64,000 nucleotides of DNA, taken from assembly GCA_048882485.1 (NCBI GenBank), contig JBHLRP010000003.1, positions 64,001 through 128,000 on the forward strand. Reading direction: 5' to 3'. A program made the translations under genes and the position numbers. The notes under the pieces are model-generated. The model was not told where the DNA came from. It did no database searches and saw only the letters and a program-made list of their open reading frames with translations. The stretch's first letter is position 1; the number at the start of each line of letters is the position of its first letter. The DNA is from Candidatus Thorarchaeota archaeon (GTDB taxonomy: Archaea; Asgardarchaeota; Thorarchaeia; Thorarchaeales; Thorarchaeaceae). Positions 30,099 to 40,518 of this stretch are shown here, in pieces.

Positions 30099-30923
30099 TT
30101 ATCGGCCTGTTTCCTGCCGTCCTTCGACATATATCGGGCTTTGACCCGACTCTGCCGCAATATATTCGATTGCGTCTTTTACCAAGTCCTCCAGGGCTTC
30201 TCTGTCTTTTCCTCTCGCAGAAACCCAGACCCGGAGAACATCAGTTGTTCCGTATTTCCTCGGCATTGATTTGATATAGACTCCAGGCGTCTTCTTCATT
30301 GCTCTATCTATGAACGGTGCGAATACGGACTCATCCTTGAAACCAAATTCAACTATCTTCTCGAAATACGTCTCTGCGATGCGATCTTCCACCCAAGGTT
30401 CGACTGAATTCTCAAAGATGTATTTCAGTTCTGCAGGCACTCCAGGAAGACAGAATATTGTTGTATCAGTGACCTCAAGCATAACTCCGGGTGCCCCGCC
30501 GACTCTATTATCTAGGGGGATTGAGCCTTCGGGAATCCGTGTCATCTTCTTGCGTGGTTCAGAGATATATGAGTCTGCAACAATCCCCTTGTCGCTCAGC
30601 ATTTTGTATTGTCGCTCAACAATTGCTAGAGCCTCCCTATCCTCAACAAGAGGTAGGCCAAGATGGGCTGCGATAGCTTCTAGTGTCATGTCGTCATGCG
30701 TTGGACCCAGACCACCGGATGTGACAATCAATTGGCAACTTCCAACCAAGAAATCAAGCGCAGCACCGATTTCGCCCTTGATGTCCCGAACAGCTACCAG
30801 ACGGTGGATCTCAGCAGAGAGCGCTGTAAGACGAATCTCCATCCAGTTCGCATTAGTATCAAGCACAAGTCCATCAAGAACTTCGTTTCCAATCGTGAGA
30901 ATCCCAGCCTTCAATAGTACCAC
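30099..30923 (-). CDS. CinA-N / MoCF-biosynthesis domain protein (competence/damage-inducible A-like)
   Basis: IGNEVLDG-x3-DTN, SGGLGPTHDDMT, LPGVPAE. Confidence 0.9.
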   Translation of the reverse strand: MVLLKAGILTIGNEVLDGLVLDTNANWMEIRLTALSAEIHRLVAVRDIKGEIGAALDFLVGSCQLIVTSGGLGPTHDDMTLEAIAAHLGLPLVEDREALAIVERQYKMLSDKGIVADSYISEPRKKMTRIPEGSIPLDNRVGGAPGVMLEVTDTTIFCLPGVPAELKYIFENSVEPWVEDRIAETYFEKIVEFGFKDESVFAPFIDRAMKKTPGVYIKSMPRKYGTTDVLRVWVSARGKDREALEDLVKDAIEYIAAESGQSPIYVEGRQETGR

Positions 30924-30929
30924 CTATGA

Positions 30930-31631
30930 CTAAACATCTGCCATCTTCACTTCGGTTTCTAATGCATTGGCAATGTGTTTGAGCGTTGCAAGCCTTTTCC
31001 TCCCCAATTCCTTGCCTGGTTTGGTATTCATGCTCTCAACGATTTTCTCCGCCAGGTCGAGAAACTCATTGATGTGAGCCGAAACCTCATCGAGCAAGAA
31101 TCCTGGATTTATCTTGATGCCATTCACCATATAGTGTATCACCCCTATCGCTCCCAGCTTCACAATTTTGTCAGCGTCCCAAAGAACTTGCGCCTCCAGT
31201 GGCTCAACCGGTTTGTCCAATGTCAATCCCACATGCTTGCGGATGACATCACATACTTTCTCAATCACAATAGGATTCACTGACTTCTCTAGGAGGATTT
31301 TGCGTGCTTCTTCTGCTCCTGCATCGCCATGCTTTTGAATTCCGCCCATTCCGGGCTTAGCTATATCATGAAGCCAAGCTGCGAGTGTAACGACCTGCCT
31401 ATCAGCTCCTACCTGTTGGGCGATAGCTTTTGCAGTACTGACCACGTATTTCACATGATCAAATCGATAGTTGTAAAGCGCTACAACGTTTTTATCCTGA
31501 GCTTCTGACCATTCTTTAATTGCTGCTTTCTCAGAGCCTAGTTTCACAATTTCCTCCAGCTCAGCTTCTAAGTCTTCTTTCATTTGCATCCATTCTGATG
31601 GAAGAATTGTGAGGTTTATGAATTGTATCAC
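30930..31631 (-). CDS. HD-domain phosphohydrolase
   Basis: RFDHVKYV, AAWLHDIAK, LWDADK. Confidence 0.9.
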   Translation of the reverse strand: MIQFINLTILPSEWMQMKEDLEAELEEIVKLGSEKAAIKEWSEAQDKNVVALYNYRFDHVKYVVSTAKAIAQQVGADRQVVTLAAWLHDIAKPGMGGIQKHGDAGAEEARKILLEKSVNPIVIEKVCDVIRKHVGLTLDKPVEPLEAQVLWDADKIVKLGAIGVIHYMVNGIKINPGFLLDEVSAHINEFLDLAEKIVESMNTKPGKELGRKRLATLKHIANALETEVKMADV

Positions 31632-32419
31632 TGAGGCTGAATGTGTGTATAGAGGCGAAGGGTGTTTTCAAGTATAATCTCTTGTAATTCTTCTTCCTCC
31701 ATCTTCAAAATCTGCGCGGTTTCACTCAACGCCACCTGTATATTAGAAGGTTCATTTCTAATTCCTTTTTCTGGGCCGAGAACCGGACTATCGGTTTCCA
31801 AGAGTAGCCTCTCAATCGTGACTGCTTTCACGAGTTTTCTCTTCTGGGGTGATCTAACAACAGAGGTTGGGATTGAGAAGTAATAACCCAATTCTCTCGA
31901 AGCAGTCCTGGCTAGACTTGCCTTTCCATCAAAAGCATGCATATGCACTCTTTCTGCATCACAGGAACCAAGCACCTCCAGCGCCTTTCTTCCTGCGGAC
32001 CGTGAGTGAACCTGAATCGGAAGTGCGAGCTTCTTGGAAAGTGCAATCAAGCTTCTGAAGCAGGACTCCTGGAGGTTTCGTTCTTTGTGGTCTCGAATCA
32101 AGTAATGGTCAAGACCAGTTTCACCAATAGCTATTATTCTCTCATTATTTGATCTAATCCAATCAACTGCGATTTCACAATCATGGTATTGTGATACTTC
32201 AAGACCCACAGCTGCATACACGTTTGAGTATGCTTCAGAAATAGCACACCCCTTTTCCCAGAGATGCTTTTCTATAGCAGATGTTATGATACTTACACCA
32301 AGGACTCTTGCTTTTTCAATCACAGACTGCCGATCCAAGTCAAAATCTTCCAACTCAAGATGGCAGTGAGTGTCAATCAATCTTGAAGGTTCTTTCATTT
32401 CAAACACAACCTCTGCCAA
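31628..32419 (-). CDS. tatD: TatD family nuclease
   Basis: DTHCH, IGETGLD, VHSR, HMHAF, LETDSP. Confidence 0.92.
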   Translation of the reverse strand: MAEVVFEMKEPSRLIDTHCHLELEDFDLDRQSVIEKARVLGVSIITSAIEKHLWEKGCAISEAYSNVYAAVGLEVSQYHDCEIAVDWIRSNNERIIAIGETGLDHYLIRDHKERNLQESCFRSLIALSKKLALPIQVHSRSAGRKALEVLGSCDAERVHMHAFDGKASLARTASRELGYYFSIPTSVVRSPQKRKLVKAVTIERLLLETDSPVLGPEKGIRNEPSNIQVALSETAQILKMEEEELQEIILENTLRLYTHIQPQ

Positions 32420-32505
32420 CTGCTGGTCTGTTCTTCAGCTTAGTAATGTTATTTCCTTTGGAAGAATCTCAAATCTGTGCATTAGGCTTAGAGATACAGT
32501 CAACT

Positions 32506-33297
32506 TCAGCACTTGAAACACACGAGATTTTTGTCAAGCCCATAGAAATCGAAACCGTCCAGGAGATCAAAGAATTCGTTGATATCATTGCCTGAACCAA
32601 TAATATGCTCAGGAACAAACTCTACAATTATTCGAATATCTGGGTTCTCCGAAATGGTTCTCTTCATGCCCTTCAATACAGACAGCTCAGAACCTTCCAC
32701 ATCTATCTTCACCCAATCTACCCTCTCAAGATTCAGGTTGTCTAATCTAACGGTTTCAACTTCTGTGATTCTCTTGATGTTTCTGGAAGGGGTCAATCCG
32801 GATCTACTGAGATGACTATTCAAGAAGAATCTCTGCTGCCCATTATGGTCAGAAATTGCTCGGCTATCCAGATTGACGTTTTCGTAGCCATTCAGACGTA
32901 CGTTTTCTTCGAGAAAAGGAAACATACGTTCATCGGGCTCAAATGCGAAGACCTTTCCTGAAGCACCAACCAATCTTGCGAAAAGAAGAGTGAAGTAGCC
33001 TACATTAGCACCAATGTCTACTGCAATGCATCCTGGCGTTACATTTGCCCTGAGGTACGCAGTCGTTTCAGGTTCGTGGATTCCGTTATAGTATAAACTA
33101 GGGAGGTGGGTTTTGTCTATTATCATGGTATGTCCTTGGACTTCAATCTTAATCAGTCTAGATGAAGGCAATAACCTTCGAAGGACCGCCTTTCTCAGTC
33201 TTTCCACAGTTTGCAGCCCCCATGCGGGTTCTAGGCAGCATCTGGAAAAGTTGTGACCCGGTCTATTGAACTTATTGCTGCCTCTGTATCTATTCAC
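32506..33297 (-). CDS. FkbM family methyltransferase
   Basis: HEPETT, VDIGANVGYF, AFEP, KIDVEGSE; start uncertain. Confidence 0.9.
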   Translation of the reverse strand: MNRYRGSNKFNRPGHNFSRCCLEPAWGLQTVERLRKAVLRRLLPSSRLIKIEVQGHTMIIDKTHLPSLYYNGIHEPETTAYLRANVTPGCIAVDIGANVGYFTLLFARLVGASGKVFAFEPDERMFPFLEENVRLNGYENVNLDSRAISDHNGQQRFFLNSHLSRSGLTPSRNIKRITEVETVRLDNLNLERVDWVKIDVEGSELSVLKGMKRTISENPDIRIIVEFVPEHIIGSGNDINEFFDLLDGFDFYGLDKNLVCFKC

Positions 33298-33626
33298 AGC
33301 TTATAAACTGAGAATACAGGCTCTTCGATGCTATTCCATCCCTGGCTAATATGGCACTTGGTACATTCCTATTCCATAAGAGAGAAGCGAATGACCTGAA
33401 TTTTCACCTAGCATTGATGAAGGGTGTCTTCAGATTCTTATTTATTGCCGAAATCTAGGAACTAGTCTTGGGACAAAATAGAAACCACAATATCCTAAAG
33501 AGAAAGAAGAAATTGCAGTTCATCATGTTTATAGGAACAGTGAATGAATCCTTTTGGACGTGCAAGCATTGCTGATTCTATGAAATAATGAGTTGGTACC
33601 ATACAGCAAATCGGAGTTGAATAATC

Positions 33627-34361
33627 TTGCCCAAATTGCCGTACTTCCTATGGAAGAGATTGGATGAGTTTTTGAAACAAGGCATCTTATCAAATGGCGG
33701 TTTCGTGAGAAGGAAGGTTATGGGGCACGACATGATTCTTGATGTTCGTGTTGGTCATGGTTGGATGCTATCAAAAGGAGATCAGTATGAGCCACAGACA
33801 ACCGAGTATATTAAGGACTCCGTAAGGGAGGGAAGTGTAGTGGTGGACGTTGGTGCCAGTCTGGGATATTACACTCTCCTACTGGCACGACTTGTAGGTC
33901 CAAGCGGTCGCGTTTACGCGTTTGAACCAATTCCTCGCGACTTTGCTATTCTCAAGAGAAATGTCCGCGCAAATGGCTATCGGAACGTAGTCTTGGAAAA
34001 CAAGGCAGTATCAGATATGGAAGGAATGGCTAGGTTCTACATATCTCCGGCGAGCTATGGCATGAGTAGTCTATGCCCTATGACAAATCCAGAGAGTATT
34101 ATTAACGTCGAAGTAGTGAGTCTTGATAGCTATATTCAGGAAGATGTTGATCTTATCAAAGTGGATGTGGAAGGAGCAGAAAGCCTTGTTGTTAAGGGGA
34201 GCAGGAGATTAATACAGAATAGCTCACATCCTCGCTTAGTCATAGAGTTCGCCCCTGAGCGAAAAGGTTTCGATGCAGATCAGTTATTTGCAGAATTGGA
34301 AGGATGGAATTACAGACAGCTAGATTGCAACCTGCTGTTCTGGAAAGATAATATCGTGTAA
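33627..34361 (+). CDS. FkbM family methyltransferase (paralog)
   Basis: YEPQTT, VDVGASLGYY, AFEP, KVDVEGAE. Confidence 0.9.
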   Translation: MPKLPYFLWKRLDEFLKQGILSNGGFVRRKVMGHDMILDVRVGHGWMLSKGDQYEPQTTEYIKDSVREGSVVVDVGASLGYYTLLLARLVGPSGRVYAFEPIPRDFAILKRNVRANGYRNVVLENKAVSDMEGMARFYISPASYGMSSLCPMTNPESIINVEVVSLDSYIQEDVDLIKVDVEGAESLVVKGSRRLIQNSSHPRLVIEFAPERKGFDADQLFAELEGWNYRQLDCNLLFWKDNIV

Positions 34362-34807
34362 CATTGTCATTCCTAGTGTAATCTCTTCGAATGTTATGCA
34401 TGGTTTTGCGTTTATGTTCCTTCTACTCCCCAGAGGTCCATTTGGATCTTCATGGATTTGTAAACTCAGTGGTTTACGATTTGATTTTGTAGAAGTGCTC
34501 TTCTCGTGAATAGCTTGCTACTGCTATTCAGTTATGCTGTGGTTGCGATGATTGTAAACAGGAATCTTCTAGGTATTTTAAGCTTCTACACATTCATTGA
34601 TAGTGGCCTTTTAGATTGAGATTCCATTGATTTTTCGGAGAGGTTTTTCAATCTACATTATCTTGGTGTGTCTGTGAAGGCTAACACAATGTATATGGAT
34701 GAAGTGTACTTCCTTGGCTATCAGACAAGATACTATTTCGCAAACACCTTTGAAGTGAACAGGGCGCTCAATTAGCAATGTGAATCGGCATATATCCTGA
34801 AAGAAAT

Positions 34808-35470
34808 CTATGTTTTTGTCCAATATACTATTAGTGAATGCGCTCTCGGGAACCAATTCCATGCATAGGGATGACGCTTAATAATTCTGTAGACTATACG
34901 GACTAGTGCCTTTCCGAGCTGTTCATTTTTCTCTCTAATTGGTGATCCCACTTTCAAGACCCTGCTCTTCAGTCCGGGAAGAAAGTGTTCTAGCACCTTC
35001 TTTGTAATTCCAAATGTCACATGCGCCTGGAAATACTCACCACCCGTTTGACTATGGTAGTAGTTGATATAGTCCTCCAATCGCTCATTATGAGGCGTCG
35101 TTATGAATACTTTCCCTCCAAGCTTCAGCGATTTCTTCATAAGAATGAAGGCTTTCGGCCAATCCCTAAAAGGGATATGTTCCAATACTTCCGATGCGAT
35201 AATTGCATCAAACTTGTTTTCAGATTTCATATCCAAGAAATTCATCTGGACTACTCTGAGAGGGGCATCCTCTATCGGCGCAATGTCTATTCCTAAATAG
35301 CGACCCTGCTCATTGGCTTCTCGAAATTTCGTGCCATGCCTGGATTCCAGTTGCATCTTTCCTGTTCTAGCACCAACCTCAAGAATATATCCGTTGAAAT
35401 AATCATCTGGAATCATGTTATACCGTGCTACTGCATAATCTTTTGCCCATGCATAAGGCATAGTGATCAC
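34808..35470 (-). CDS. Class I SAM-dependent methyltransferase
   Basis: ILEVGARTG, LGIDI, FDAIIASEVLEHI, LKLGGKVFITTP. Confidence 0.85.
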   Translation of the reverse strand: MITMPYAWAKDYAVARYNMIPDDYFNGYILEVGARTGKMQLESRHGTKFREANEQGRYLGIDIAPIEDAPLRVVQMNFLDMKSENKFDAIIASEVLEHIPFRDWPKAFILMKKSLKLGGKVFITTPHNERLEDYINYYHSQTGGEYFQAHVTFGITKKVLEHFLPGLKSRVLKVGSPIREKNEQLGKALVRIVYRIIKRHPYAWNWFPRAHSLIVYWTKT

Positions 35471-35502
35471 TATGCTGAGCTTCTTGCTCCGGCTATTTAT
35501 TA

Positions 35503-36309
35503 TTAGCTAGGTTTTCCGAGGTCTTCCCATTCAGACCATCTACCATTCCACCATTTATGAACTAGCGTATATGCAGAACCTAATGCAAAGATATCAAGAC
35601 GATTCTCTGACCATGTTGATACAGTTGGTGCGGATGTAAGGGAACCACCAAGATTTTCCCATTGAGACCACTGGCCACTCCACCACTTATGCCAGAGCGC
35701 ATTATCTGTACCTCTTGCAAACACATCGATCCGGTTATTTCCCCATGAAACCGCACCAGGGGCAGATGTCAGTATGCCTTCGAGGGTTTCCCAGCGGGAC
35801 CATTGACCGTTCCACCACTTGTGCCAGAGCGCGTTATCTGTACCTCTTGCAAAGATATCAAGACGATTCTCTGACCATGTTGACGCAGTTGGTGCGGATG
35901 TTAGGATGCCTTCAAGGTCCTCCCACTGAGACCACTGGCCATTCCACCACTTGTGCCAGAGCGCGCTATTTGTGCCTCTTGCAAACACATCGATCCGGTT
36001 ATTTCCCCATGAAACCGCACCAGGGGCAGATGTCAGTATGCCTTCGAGGGTTTCCCAGCGGGACCATTGACCGTTCCACCACTTGTGCCAGAGTGCGCTA
36101 TCTGGGCCTCTTGCAAAGATATCAAGACGATTCTCTGACCATGTTGACACAGTTGGTGCGGATGTAAGGGAACCACCAAGATTTTCCCAGTGAGACCACT
36201 GGCCATTCCACCATTTGTGCCAGAGAGCATCGAGAGGTCCTTTGATGAACACATCGATTCGATTATTTCCCCAAGAAACCGCTGCAGGTGCGGGTTGAAT
36301 TTCTTGCAT
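35503..36309 (-). CDS. Six-bladed Trp-rich beta-propeller, PLL/fucose-binding lectin-like
   Basis: Six 44-aa repeats (R[IL]D[VI]FARG-x3-LWHKWWNGQWS-x-WE-x-L-x-G-x-LTSAP); start at ATG 36309 or TTG 36345. Confidence 0.8.
   Translation of the reverse strand: MQEIQPAPAAVSWGNNRIDVFIKGPLDALWHKWWNGQWSHWENLGGSLTSAPTVSTWSENRLDIFARGPDSALWHKWWNGQWSRWETLEGILTSAPGAVSWGNNRIDVFARGTNSALWHKWWNGQWSQWEDLEGILTSAPTASTWSENRLDIFARGTDNALWHKWWNGQWSRWETLEGILTSAPGAVSWGNNRIDVFARGTDNALWHKWWSGQWSQWENLGGSLTSAPTVSTWSENRLDIFALGSAYTLVHKWWNGRWSEWEDLGKPS
35520..36290. repeat. Intragenic tandem repeat, 132-bp unit with 264-bp higher-order period
   Basis: 35711-35829 is identical to 35975-36093 (119 bp); ABABAB blade pattern. 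Confidence 0.95.
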
Positions 36310-36808
36310 TTTGATATCACCATCAGCATGAACCTTCTTCAACAACTAATATGATAGTAAGTAGGATGTATAACACGACTATAGGTTCAATAAGTCGCCT
36401 ATATTTTACGCCATGAGAATATTCTTTTCACGCTTCAGGAATCCAATTTCTCTCGTTTCGCCAATTGCTATTATGTGCTCCTGATTTTTCTTCTGACAGA
36501 AGATTTACATTTTCTCACTATGAATTTCAGAACTCAGAACCCATTCGATGGTTGAACCCTGCAATATGTCACCTCCACTCTACCACGTCATTGCCTATGA
36601 CAATGTCTAGATGAATATAGCATAAAATGGTTGAATTTCATCGATTCGTTCAGAAGTTGTTTTATAGCCTGTGGCAATTGACACAACTGAAGGAAACATG
36701 TGCATGAAGTTTGATGAATATTCAACCCTCCAACTCATGACATATTTCTTGAAAACCATTGAATTGCTTGATGAACAGAAAATTCTAGACTCTGGAGGTG
36801 TAAAGTAG

Positions 36809-37639
36809 ATGTTGGAATTCATCCAAGGCAAGCAAACCGTCAGACTCTCAAATAGTATTCAATTGGACCTTCTAATCAAGGGACAAGGGAATCCTGTATT
36901 ATGGTTACATTCAGGTTTTCGAGGAAGAATAGGACTTGGGAACCTAGTTACTGCTGTCGAAAAGAAACTCAAACAAGAAAATAATGCGTGGCTCCATATA
37001 ATTCCCAATCTCCCCGGATTTGGTGAAAGCACTCCTGGACCTTCAGGGAACACCAATCCTTATGAGTTGACAGACGCAATTGAAGAATTAATCTGTCTTC
37101 TTAATTACCCCTCAATAGATGTCATCGGATATAGTTTAGGAGCGAATATTGCATCTATACTTGCAAATAGAAATCCAGAGAAAATCCACCGAGTTGTCCT
37201 TCTGGGTACTGCAATAGAAGGATCGAATCTTGATATCTACAGACGAATGCTAGATATGCATAATGACCAAAATTGGGAAGGTCTTGTCAACGAAATAGCG
37301 CAAAACTTGGTTGGAAAGAAGAATAGGTCACAATATGCTAGGATGATGCCATTAGTCAAGAAGCAAGTGTCTTCGAAGAGATTCTCTCAGGATTTAACTC
37401 GTATTCTCTCGTCTGGAGTTCGTCTGGATGTCTTTAAGGAAATCGAGAGCATCACTCATCCCATGTTAATGATTTCAGGCAAAGAAGATCCATTTGTACC
37501 AAGACCAGGCCGTATAGAAATGTTGAAACAAAAAGATAACATCAAACTTGTTCTTCTCGATGGAATTGGACACAATGAGTTAGTATTTCCAAGACAGATA
37601 GATTTGTCAGATCAGATTATAGATTTTCTTCAAAACTAA
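36809..37639 (+). CDS. Alpha/beta hydrolase (possible thioesterase/esterase)
   Basis: NLPGFGES, GYSLG nucleophile elbow, GKEDP, GIGH. Confidence 0.85.
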   Translation: MLEFIQGKQTVRLSNSIQLDLLIKGQGNPVLWLHSGFRGRIGLGNLVTAVEKKLKQENNAWLHIIPNLPGFGESTPGPSGNTNPYELTDAIEELICLLNYPSIDVIGYSLGANIASILANRNPEKIHRVVLLGTAIEGSNLDIYRRMLDMHNDQNWEGLVNEIAQNLVGKKNRSQYARMMPLVKKQVSSKRFSQDLTRILSSGVRLDVFKEIESITHPMLMISGKEDPFVPRPGRIEMLKQKDNIKLVLLDGIGHNELVFPRQIDLSDQIIDFLQN

Positions 37640-38403
37640 GCTACAATAGTAAGGATGTAGTTTCCTGCATGTGCAAAAAAGACTGGTTTCTGATTCTGGA
37701 TATTATCCGACGAGTGTACTACTATATTATCATTCTCAATGCTCAATTTGTATTCGAGTGGTGATTTAGAACTGATGGAAGAGAAAGCTTTGAATCCAGC
37801 TTCTAATGCCGACCAAATTACAATTTCAGAATTCATCAAATTAAGACTGGGGATAGATTTTGAGAGTAACTCAGTGAATAAACGGATCTCCTCGTGTGAG
37901 TGAATTTTAGAAATCCTTCTAGCAACTCCATTGTGTCTCGCTAATCTTTCACAATCCACGCCAATAATTCCATTTCTTCTGCATGCAGCTACGACATACC
38001 CATCTTTATGGCTAATTGATATTGCTCCATTGAACTTGATTTTTGAATCATTGAGATTGAAAAATGGTTTTCCATGTTTCTCATTCTCAATACTGAAGCT
38101 TTGAAAGTCAATCTGGTCCTGATTGATGATATCGAAAAGGCTTCGCTTTGCTAATACTCTTCCAACATAGAATTGCTTTCTTGTGTTTGGTTGATTGAGT
38201 TTCATTAATCTCCTAATTTCAGATGCAGAAAGATGATCCCGTATCATTGAATCAGCTAATGTGATATTATTGAATCGTGAGCCATGAATTGAAATCCCAG
38301 TACTCGTATGCAGTAGTTGCGTTTGATTATCAATTAGGATTTGATTTTCAATCAGTCTATAGAAAGATTCCTTTAGAATCTCATATTCAGTTTCAGTCAT
38401 CAT
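37636..38403 (-). CDS. Sfp-type 4'-phosphopantetheinyl transferase
   Basis: GRVLAK, HGKP, SISH, IGVDCE, WSALEAGFKA. Confidence 0.88.
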   Translation of the reverse strand: MMTETEYEILKESFYRLIENQILIDNQTQLLHTSTGISIHGSRFNNITLADSMIRDHLSASEIRRLMKLNQPNTRKQFYVGRVLAKRSLFDIINQDQIDFQSFSIENEKHGKPFFNLNDSKIKFNGAISISHKDGYVVAACRRNGIIGVDCERLARHNGVARRISKIHSHEEIRLFTELLSKSIPSLNLMNSEIVIWSALEAGFKAFSSISSKSPLEYKLSIENDNIVVHSSDNIQNQKPVFFAHAGNYILTIVA

Positions 38404-38411
38404 TTGCTAAG

Positions 38412-39482
38412 TTATGCTCCTACAAAGCTGCCTCTCAATTTGCTCGCTACAATTTCTGGAGGTATAACAACGACCTCAGTGTTAAGCAGATGTTGGAAAA
38501 AAAATTCTCCTGCTCGATACCCCCTTGTGAAATTCTGTCTCGTCGCTAACCTGATAAAACATCTATTGGATTTCTCTTGGTCGGTCAAGTCGCCAAGTTC
38601 TAGACTAAAATTGAAAGAAGAATAACCATCATTGCCATAGTACTCTAAAACATTGGATACTCCTTGGGCTAGAGAAGTGATAACCTCATCAGGCGTATCC
38701 TTGAATTTGCCACTTGGAAGAAGTCCAAAAACCTCATTTGTGCAGGTTGGTGAGAATGGAGTAAACCAGTGGGTAGACTCGAGCTGCCCAACATAGCGTA
38801 CTCCTAATTCCTTTTCCAATTCAATAAGGTCATCCCAATATTCATGACCATACTTCTCGCTGTACTCGAGCAATGCGTCCTGAGTCTTTCTAGAATAATT
38901 CGTTGGCTGAGAGGAGGCTATTAATTGTAGATGCGCATGTACAGCACTTGCACCTGCTGGCGGCATATAATTACAATTGAGTGATCCGAAGAGATTTTCA
39001 TCAGGCGGAAGATGGGAAACGAACTCCCTCGCCGCGAGAAATGCATCTCTTAGCATTGATGGGGCAAACTCCTGTGGTTTTAGAAAGTGTTTCTTAGATA
39101 ATACTATAATAGCATGAAATTTCGATAAAGGGAAAAGGTTTGGAAAAAGCACCGATTCACCAACTGTGATTCTTCCTTCTGGGAGGATTTCCTCAGGAAA
39201 CTTCGGTGTCGCCGTATGGACTTTTTCAGGGCAAAAGAAACACTTCTCACTGTTTTCGTTGACAAAAGCATTTAGAAATTCATCATCTGTACTCTCTATG
39301 AGAGTTTCGAGTTTGTCTACAAGCCTGAGTCCAATAATACTCATGTTTCCAGTGAGTGGATCTTTTCGAATTTCAATATCTTGAATATCCATTTCAAAAT
39401 CCATAAGAGGGCTGTGCAGTTTTGCTGATTCGCTGAATCTCTCCATTTTTATCCTGCTTGATACACCCGCCACAACTATCAC
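38412..39482 (-). CDS. GalT-like (HIT superfamily) sugar-1-phosphate nucleotidyltransferase
   Basis: EIRKDPLTG, CFFCP, FPNLFP, NY-x3-AGASAVHAHLQ, PEIVA. Confidence 0.8.
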   Translation of the reverse strand: MIVVAGVSSRIKMERFSESAKLHSPLMDFEMDIQDIEIRKDPLTGNMSIIGLRLVDKLETLIESTDDEFLNAFVNENSEKCFFCPEKVHTATPKFPEEILPEGRITVGESVLFPNLFPLSKFHAIIVLSKKHFLKPQEFAPSMLRDAFLAAREFVSHLPPDENLFGSLNCNYMPPAGASAVHAHLQLIASSQPTNYSRKTQDALLEYSEKYGHEYWDDLIELEKELGVRYVGQLESTHWFTPFSPTCTNEVFGLLPSGKFKDTPDEVITSLAQGVSNVLEYYGNDGYSSFNFSLELGDLTDQEKSNRCFIRLATRQNFTRGYRAGEFFFQHLLNTEVVVIPPEIVASKLRGSFVGA

Positions 39483-40456
39483 TCATTTCTTTTTTTCAAT
39501 TTAGCGGCTTTTGTACCGAATCGCTTAGCATGGTCTTTGACCACTAGTCTCCATGCTAGATTTGGCATTGCATAAAATCCAGATACAGTTTCGTTATCAG
39601 GTACATCCCTTACTACAACCGCATTGATTAATACACTTGAATTGTCACCAAGTGTAAGTCCATTAGAAACTGTGGCTCCAATCCCAATCCAACAATTCTC
39701 ACCAATTTCAGTGCTTCCCCCAATGCACGATGAAGCCGCAAGCTGGGTGTTTGTTTTGATATGTACATTGTGACCAATGTGAACCATGTTGTCAATCTTC
39801 ACACGGTCCTCCAAAATCGTATCACCAAAGGTTCCTCTATCAACACAAGAGCTATTTCCAAATTCTACATCATCACCAAATCGAACGCCGCCTATATGTA
39901 TCAGACGATGAATCCTGTTCTGAGCATCTCTCATTATGCGATATCCATCTCCACCAATACTTGCGTTGGCATCTATGATATTCCTTCTACCAATCTTGAC
40001 CCTGTCATAAATTGCAGTATTAGAGAATACTTCGCTATCATCACCAATGGTAACATCACTACCAACGACAACATAAGGGTGGATTTTTACTCGGTTTCCC
40101 AGATTCACATTTTTGCCAAATCGTGCTGTGGACTCTATCTCGCAACCTTTTCCCATTGTTGGCTTCGAATCATCTGGAGTGAAGGATTTTACATCTTTAT
40201 GAAACTCGTTATGTATCTCTAAAAATGCAATAAGTGGGTTTTCTACTTCGATGTATGTATTCCCCTCAATCTTAGAAACACGATCAAAGAATTTAGGTTC
40301 GACAAGTATGTAAGCTCCCTTGTTCGGAGAGATGTGTTTCAGAAATTGCATCTGATTGATGTAAGCGATATGCTTCTCTACTAGGCTCTGGATTGCACAC
40401 GTACTTGCAGCATCTTGAGGAATTCCATATTTTTTTAGGATATCACTGATAGTCAT
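39479..40456 (-). CDS. LpxD-like hexapeptide-repeat acyl-ACP:UDP-amino-sugar N-acyltransferase
   Basis: VENP-x2-AF, IGGDGY, HIGGV-x2-GDDVE-x-G, VDRG-x2-GDT, KIDNMVHIGHNV (catalytic His). Confidence 0.85.
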   Translation of the reverse strand: MTISDILKKYGIPQDAASTCAIQSLVEKHIAYINQMQFLKHISPNKGAYILVEPKFFDRVSKIEGNTYIEVENPLIAFLEIHNEFHKDVKSFTPDDSKPTMGKGCEIESTARFGKNVNLGNRVKIHPYVVVGSDVTIGDDSEVFSNTAIYDRVKIGRRNIIDANASIGGDGYRIMRDAQNRIHRLIHIGGVRFGDDVEFGNSSCVDRGTFGDTILEDRVKIDNMVHIGHNVHIKTNTQLAASSCIGGSTEIGENCWIGIGATVSNGLTLGDNSSVLINAVVVRDVPDNETVSGFYAMPNLAWRLVVKDHAKRFGTKAAKLKKRNE

Positions 40457-40518
40457 GATTGCTCGTTTTCATCAAAGGAACTCCTTCCTTTTGAATTATA
40501 CTTTGGATTGAGCTTCAT

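Noticed and set aside
30310-30933. 207-aa plus-strand ORF and the many other short overlapping ORFs in the track
   Set aside because: Antisense or alternate-frame shadows of motif-supported genes, with Ser/Ile-rich non-protein-like composition
35715-36167. 150-aa plus-strand repetitive ORF
   Set aside because: Antisense shadow of the propeller repeats
35520-36290. CRISPR array or DGR template/variable repeat
   Set aside because: Repeats are in-frame 132-bp coding units without unique spacers; no cas or reverse transcriptase gene
39479-40456. Lipid A biosynthesis
   Set aside because: No LpxA/C/H/B/K or Kdo genes in the window, and the backbone is archaeal
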